Origin: an uncultured Phycisphaerales bacterium
GTDB taxonomy: Bacteria > Planctomycetota > Phycisphaerae > Tepidisphaerales > Tepidisphaeraceae
Length of the DNA: 64,000 nucleotides
Direction of reading: 5' to 3'
Assembly (NCBI GenBank): GCA_963755915.1
Contig: CAVWLP010000003.1
Span: 1,461,207-1,525,206 of the forward strand
Part shown: in pieces, positions 62,690 through 64,000 of the stretch
Layout of the letters: the number at the start of each line of letters is the position of its first letter
How positions within the stretch are numbered: the first letter of the stretch is position 1
The notes under the pieces: model-generated
Told to the model about the DNA's origin: nothing
Seen by the model: the letters and a program-made list of their open reading frames with translations, nothing else
Databases searched by the model: none
Made by a program: the position numbers and the translations under genes

Positions 62690-62866
62690 CGTCGAACATC
62701 TAGGAAGCATTTGCACGGATCGTACCCAAACAGCTAATGATTCGTATTGTGGCTAAAGCGACGCCCTAGTCCACGGCATCGCAGCCGAGCATGGCTTTCC
62801 TATTCTGTATAAAACCGAGTCGATGCGGCCGTCGAGTTCGTTCTTGTCTTTGCGGATCTCGCGGAT

Positions 62867-63457
62867 TTGCCGTGGGAAATGAAACTCGCTTTTTATGCAG
62901 CACCCTCTCGAATTTCATTTTTGGGGAATCTTGAAGGGAGTCGTCAGTTGAATCAGAACATAGGCCTGGGGACGCGAGATTTACTGCAAAAGCATCCTCG
63001 CCTCGCAATTGGCGCTGTGACGGTCGCTATCGTTTGCGCTGCGGTGTTCTGTGTCTATGCGGTAACGAATCCCAATACCGTTGGGCATAAAGCCTGGTTT
63101 ACCGACGACGATGGCAAAACCTGGTTTGCGGACGATTCAAGCAAGCTGGCACCGTTTGATCACGATGGGAAGCAGGCAGTCCTGTGCGTCGTTTACTCCT
63201 GCGATGGCGGTAAGACAAAATTCGTCTCCTACATGATGCGTGTTTCTCCGGAGGGGCAACAGGCAATTCAGGACGTAATGAAGAAGCGGGCCGCCGGTGA
63301 TAAAAATGCGGGCCTGGTTAGCATTCCGATGCAGGTGAAGGCGCCGGGCGACGGCGAATGGGTCGGCGCAGAGAGTCCGGCGGGACGGGTGCTCATAACC
63401 CCGCATAGTCCGGATGGATCGCTTCAAGATCTTCAGATGATCGATCCGAACGGCTGA
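62867..63457 (+). CDS. Hypothetical single-pass membrane protein
   Basis: TM segment LAIGAVTVAIVCAAVFCVYAV followed by AWFTDDDGKTWF..PFDHDGKQAV, which I recall from Phycisphaerae hypotheticals. The true start is probably downstream (~62948). Confidence 0.6.
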   Translation: MPWEMKLAFYAAPSRISFLGNLEGSRQLNQNIGLGTRDLLQKHPRLAIGAVTVAIVCAAVFCVYAVTNPNTVGHKAWFTDDDGKTWFADDSSKLAPFDHDGKQAVLCVVYSCDGGKTKFVSYMMRVSPEGQQAIQDVMKKRAAGDKNAGLVSIPMQVKAPGDGEWVGAESPAGRVLITPHSPDGSLQDLQMIDPNG

Positions 63458-63573
63458 ATTGTCGGCAGGGCAAAGATATTGTCTGGCAATTGGGAATTTA
63501 ATCGTGATTTTTGTTGACTTAATCTCGAATTGTTCTAGATTATTCGACAATAAATCACCTCGCAGGAGTCGAC

Positions 63574-64000
63574 TTGGCCATAGGAGAGAATCTTCTGGAA
63601 CGCGTGAAAGAGTCACTGCTCGAGCACGCGGGTGCGGACCGGTTGATCACGGAGCAAGCGCTTTGCAAGCCCCTGAAACTGGGCCGCAGCACGATTCGCG
63701 AAGCCCTCGGATGTTTTCAGGAACAAGGGCTCATCCATGCGGACAAAAAAGGTACGACGCTCTGCCGGCCGGGCCTCAAGGAAATGTCGATTTGTGGGAC
63801 ACGCGCGTGCGCTGGAAGGAATGGCCATTCGACTGGCCTGTCCTAACATGAGCGATGCCGACCTGAAGAACCTCAAGGACCTGTGCGACCAGCGAGACCG
63901 GGCGGCGGTTTCGGAAGATCAGGACGCAGTCGATCGCCTCGATATCGAATTTCATCAAAAGATCATCGACGCCTCTGGCGACCAGGTCCTCAGGGACATC
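63574..64000 (+). CDS. GntR family regulator (HTH + FCD), frameshifted and partial at the window end
   Basis: ITEQALC..LGRSTIREAL HTH; FCD segment DIEFHQKIIDASGD in the shifted frame. The inverted repeat ATTGT-N13-ACAAT lies upstream (63529-63551). Confidence 0.8.

Noticed and set aside
62200-62860. Small ORF 62451-62756 or an ncRNA
   Set aside because: AT-rich sequence with no protein motifs or convincing RNA structure. It contains operator arrays, so it is treated as intergenic.

Overview
This window is a ~64 kb catabolic island of about 45 genes for carbohydrates, amino sugars or sugar acids. The gene families suggest a Planctomycetota (Phycisphaerae-like) host, but that is inference only. 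It holds four paralogues of an uncharacterised secreted ~900-aa glycosidase-like family (DUF6259-like) and four paralogues of an uncharacterised cytoplasmic beta-propeller family. Further glycosidase-like genes resemble GH106, DUF4838, six-hairpin and GH32 proteins. A large set of downstream enzymes follows: deacetylases and amidohydrolases, class III and V aminotransferases, a DSD1-type PLP enzyme, RidA, two enolase-superfamily dehydratases, an HpcH aldolase, sugar isomerases, dehydrogenases, a cytochrome P450 and a MocD-like desaturase. Regulators are a GntR/LacI hybrid, an AraC and a GntR-FCD, plus two truncated regulator remnants. Nearly every larger intergenic region carries 2-4 direct repeats of a TGGTAYA-type decamer in 10-bp phase, pointing to one island-wide regulon. 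About 15 genes are split by single-base frameshifts, probably long-read indel errors, and one such shift falsely fuses two genes. A 356-bp near-identical inverted duplication brackets ~36 kb. I recognised no transporter, rRNA, tRNA, CRISPR array or transposase. All product calls come from motif recognition by eye, not database searches.
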